This document shows, piece after piece, positions 60,557 to 61,781 of a stretch of DNA of 61,781 nt. The notes beneath the pieces were generated by a model that had not been told where the DNA came from, did no database searches, and saw nothing but the letters and a program-made list of their open reading frames with translations. Within the stretch, counting starts at the first letter, position 1, and each line of letters begins with the position of its first letter. The stretch comes from Caldimonas sp. (GTDB lineage Bacteria; Pseudomonadota; Gammaproteobacteria; Burkholderiales; Burkholderiaceae_C), in assembly GCF_046289365.1 (NCBI RefSeq), contig NZ_JBKBVU010000001.1, positions 1 to 61,781 of the forward strand, written 5' to 3'. The position numbers and the translations under genes were made by a program.

Positions 60557-61177
60557 TCAGCTCAGGTTGAGGGCCTCGAAGACGGCTTTCCTGGCGCGAC
60601 GCTGGGCGGCGTACTTGAGCCGCTGCGCATGCACGATGGCTTTCAGGTCGAAAAGAGCCGTCTCGAACAGGGCATTGATTATAACGAAGTCGAAGTGCTG
60701 GGCCTGCGCCACCTCCGTGCGGGCGTTGGCCATGCGGGTGGCGATCACATCCTCGCCGTCCTCCCCGCGGCGGCGCAGGCGCTGCAACAGCTCATCCCAA
60801 CTGGGCGGGAGGATGAAGATCAGCACGGCGTTGGGGAAGAGCTGCTTGATCTGCAGCGCGCCCTGCCAGTCGATCTCCAGGATCACATCCTCGCCGGCGG
60901 CCATGCGGGCCTCGATGGCCGCCCGTGAGGTGCCGTAGAGGTTGCCATGCACTCGGGCCCACTCGAAGAACTCGCCGCGCTCGATCATCGCCTGAAACTC
61001 GGGCTCGGTGACGAAGTGGTACTCGCGTCCGTCCACCTCCTGCCCCCGGGGGGCGCGGGTGGTGTGCGAGACCGAGACGTTCAGGCGGGAATCGAGCTCC
61101 AGCAGGGCCTTGACCAGGCTGGACTTGCCAGCCCCGCTGGGGGCGGCGACGACGAAGAGGTTGCCGGGGTAGTCCAT
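60557..61177 (-). CDS. gmk: Guanylate kinase
   Basis: [32 protein letters not shown]. Confidence 0.96.
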   Translation of the reverse strand: MDYPGNLFVVAAPSGAGKSSLVKALLELDSRLNVSVSHTTRAPRGQEVDGREYHFVTEPEFQAMIERGEFFEWARVHGNLYGTSRAAIEARMAAGEDVILEIDWQGALQIKQLFPNAVLIFILPPSWDELLQRLRRRGEDGEDVIATRMANARTEVAQAQHFDFVIINALFETALFDLKAIVHAQRLKYAAQRRARKAVFEALNLS

Positions 61178-61191
61178 TTCGGGGTCCTTGG

Positions 61192-61781
61192 TCACTCGAT
61201 GTTCTGCACCTGTTCGCGCATCTGCTCGATGAGCACCTTCATCTCCACGGAGATCTGCGTGAGCTCCAACGCGGCCGACTTCGAGCCCAGGGTGTTGGCC
61301 TCGCGGTGCAGTTCCTGGATGAGGAAATCGAGCCGCTTGCCGATCTCTCCGCCCTTGTCGAGCAACCGCTCGATCTCGTCGAGATGCGCGGCCAGGCGTG
61401 AGAGTTCTTCGGCCACGTCGATGCGCAAGGCGTAGGCGGCGGCTTCGCTCAGCGCGCGCTCGCGCTGCGCCTCGGCGCTCATGCTCTGGGCGGCGCCGGC
61501 GGATTCCAAGGCCTGCTGCCAGCGTTCCAGGAAACGCTCCTGCTGGCGCTGCACCACCTGGGGCACCAGCGGGGCGGCCTGGGTGGCCAGCTCGCGCAGC
61601 TTGACGATGCGCTGCATCAGGATGTCGACCAGTCGCTCGCCCTCGCGGGCGCGGGCCTCCTCCAGGGCCTCGAGGCACTCGCGCGCGGCCGCCAGGGCAG
61701 CCTCGTCCAGGCGTTCGACCCCGCCACCGCCCTTGCACCATTGCAGGGCTTCGTGCACGGACAAGGGCTGGGCGCGGGGCA
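61192..61781 (-). CDS. yicC: YicC/YloC-family endoribonuclease, 5'-truncated by window edge
   Basis: [42 protein letters not shown]. Confidence 0.92.
   Translation of the reverse strand, partial: PRAQPLSVHEALQWCKGGGGVERLDEAALAAARECLEALEEARAREGERLVDILMQRIVKLRELATQAAPLVPQVVQRQQERFLERWQQALESAGAAQSMSAEAQRERALSEAAAYALRIDVAEELSRLAAHLDEIERLLDKGGEIGKRLDFLIQELHREANTLGSKSAALELTQISVEMKVLIEQMREQVQNIE

Overview
This is a high-GC chromosomal window from a betaproteobacterium, most likely Burkholderiales; the gene content suggests Caldimonas/Rubrivivax-like, which is an inference. From left to right it carries: a polyol ABC uptake and catabolism operon (smoEFGK-like, ribitol dehydrogenase, partial D-arabinitol dehydrogenase); a PfkB kinase divergent from a fructose ABC system (frcBCA) with a ROK repressor; a lipoprotein carboxylesterase; adenine/adenosine deaminase with a BMP binding protein; a DODA dioxygenase; a YbbP-type permease; a GGDEF gene paired with a MinD/FlhG-like ATPase; an M48 peptidase with a truncated haemoglobin; ppc; hemCDXY; and tRNA-Arg(ACG). 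A ~27 kb aromatic/acyl-CoA catabolic region follows. It holds a TetR-controlled feruloyl-CoA synthase/crotonase/thiolase module, a full benzoate box cluster (ABC transporter, hydrolase, benzoate-CoA ligase, boxD, DUF4863-like gene, boxR, boxCBA), a tailed HU and acyl-CoA enzymes. The window ends with a small Cys-rich gene, greB, spoT, rpoZ, gmk and a partial yicC. No integrase, transposase, CRISPR array or defence system is visible. The best candidates for something undescribed are: (1) an ~83 bp structured extragenic repeat in two copies with compensatory base changes and GNA-triloop hairpins; (2) a promoter-driven structured RNA with a tandem CAGCACACCGT repeat upstream of a 70-aa putative Zn-binding protein and greB; (3) the GGDEF + FlhG-like ATPase pair away from any flagellar genes; and (4) the phenylpropanoid-type module that may feed the box pathway.
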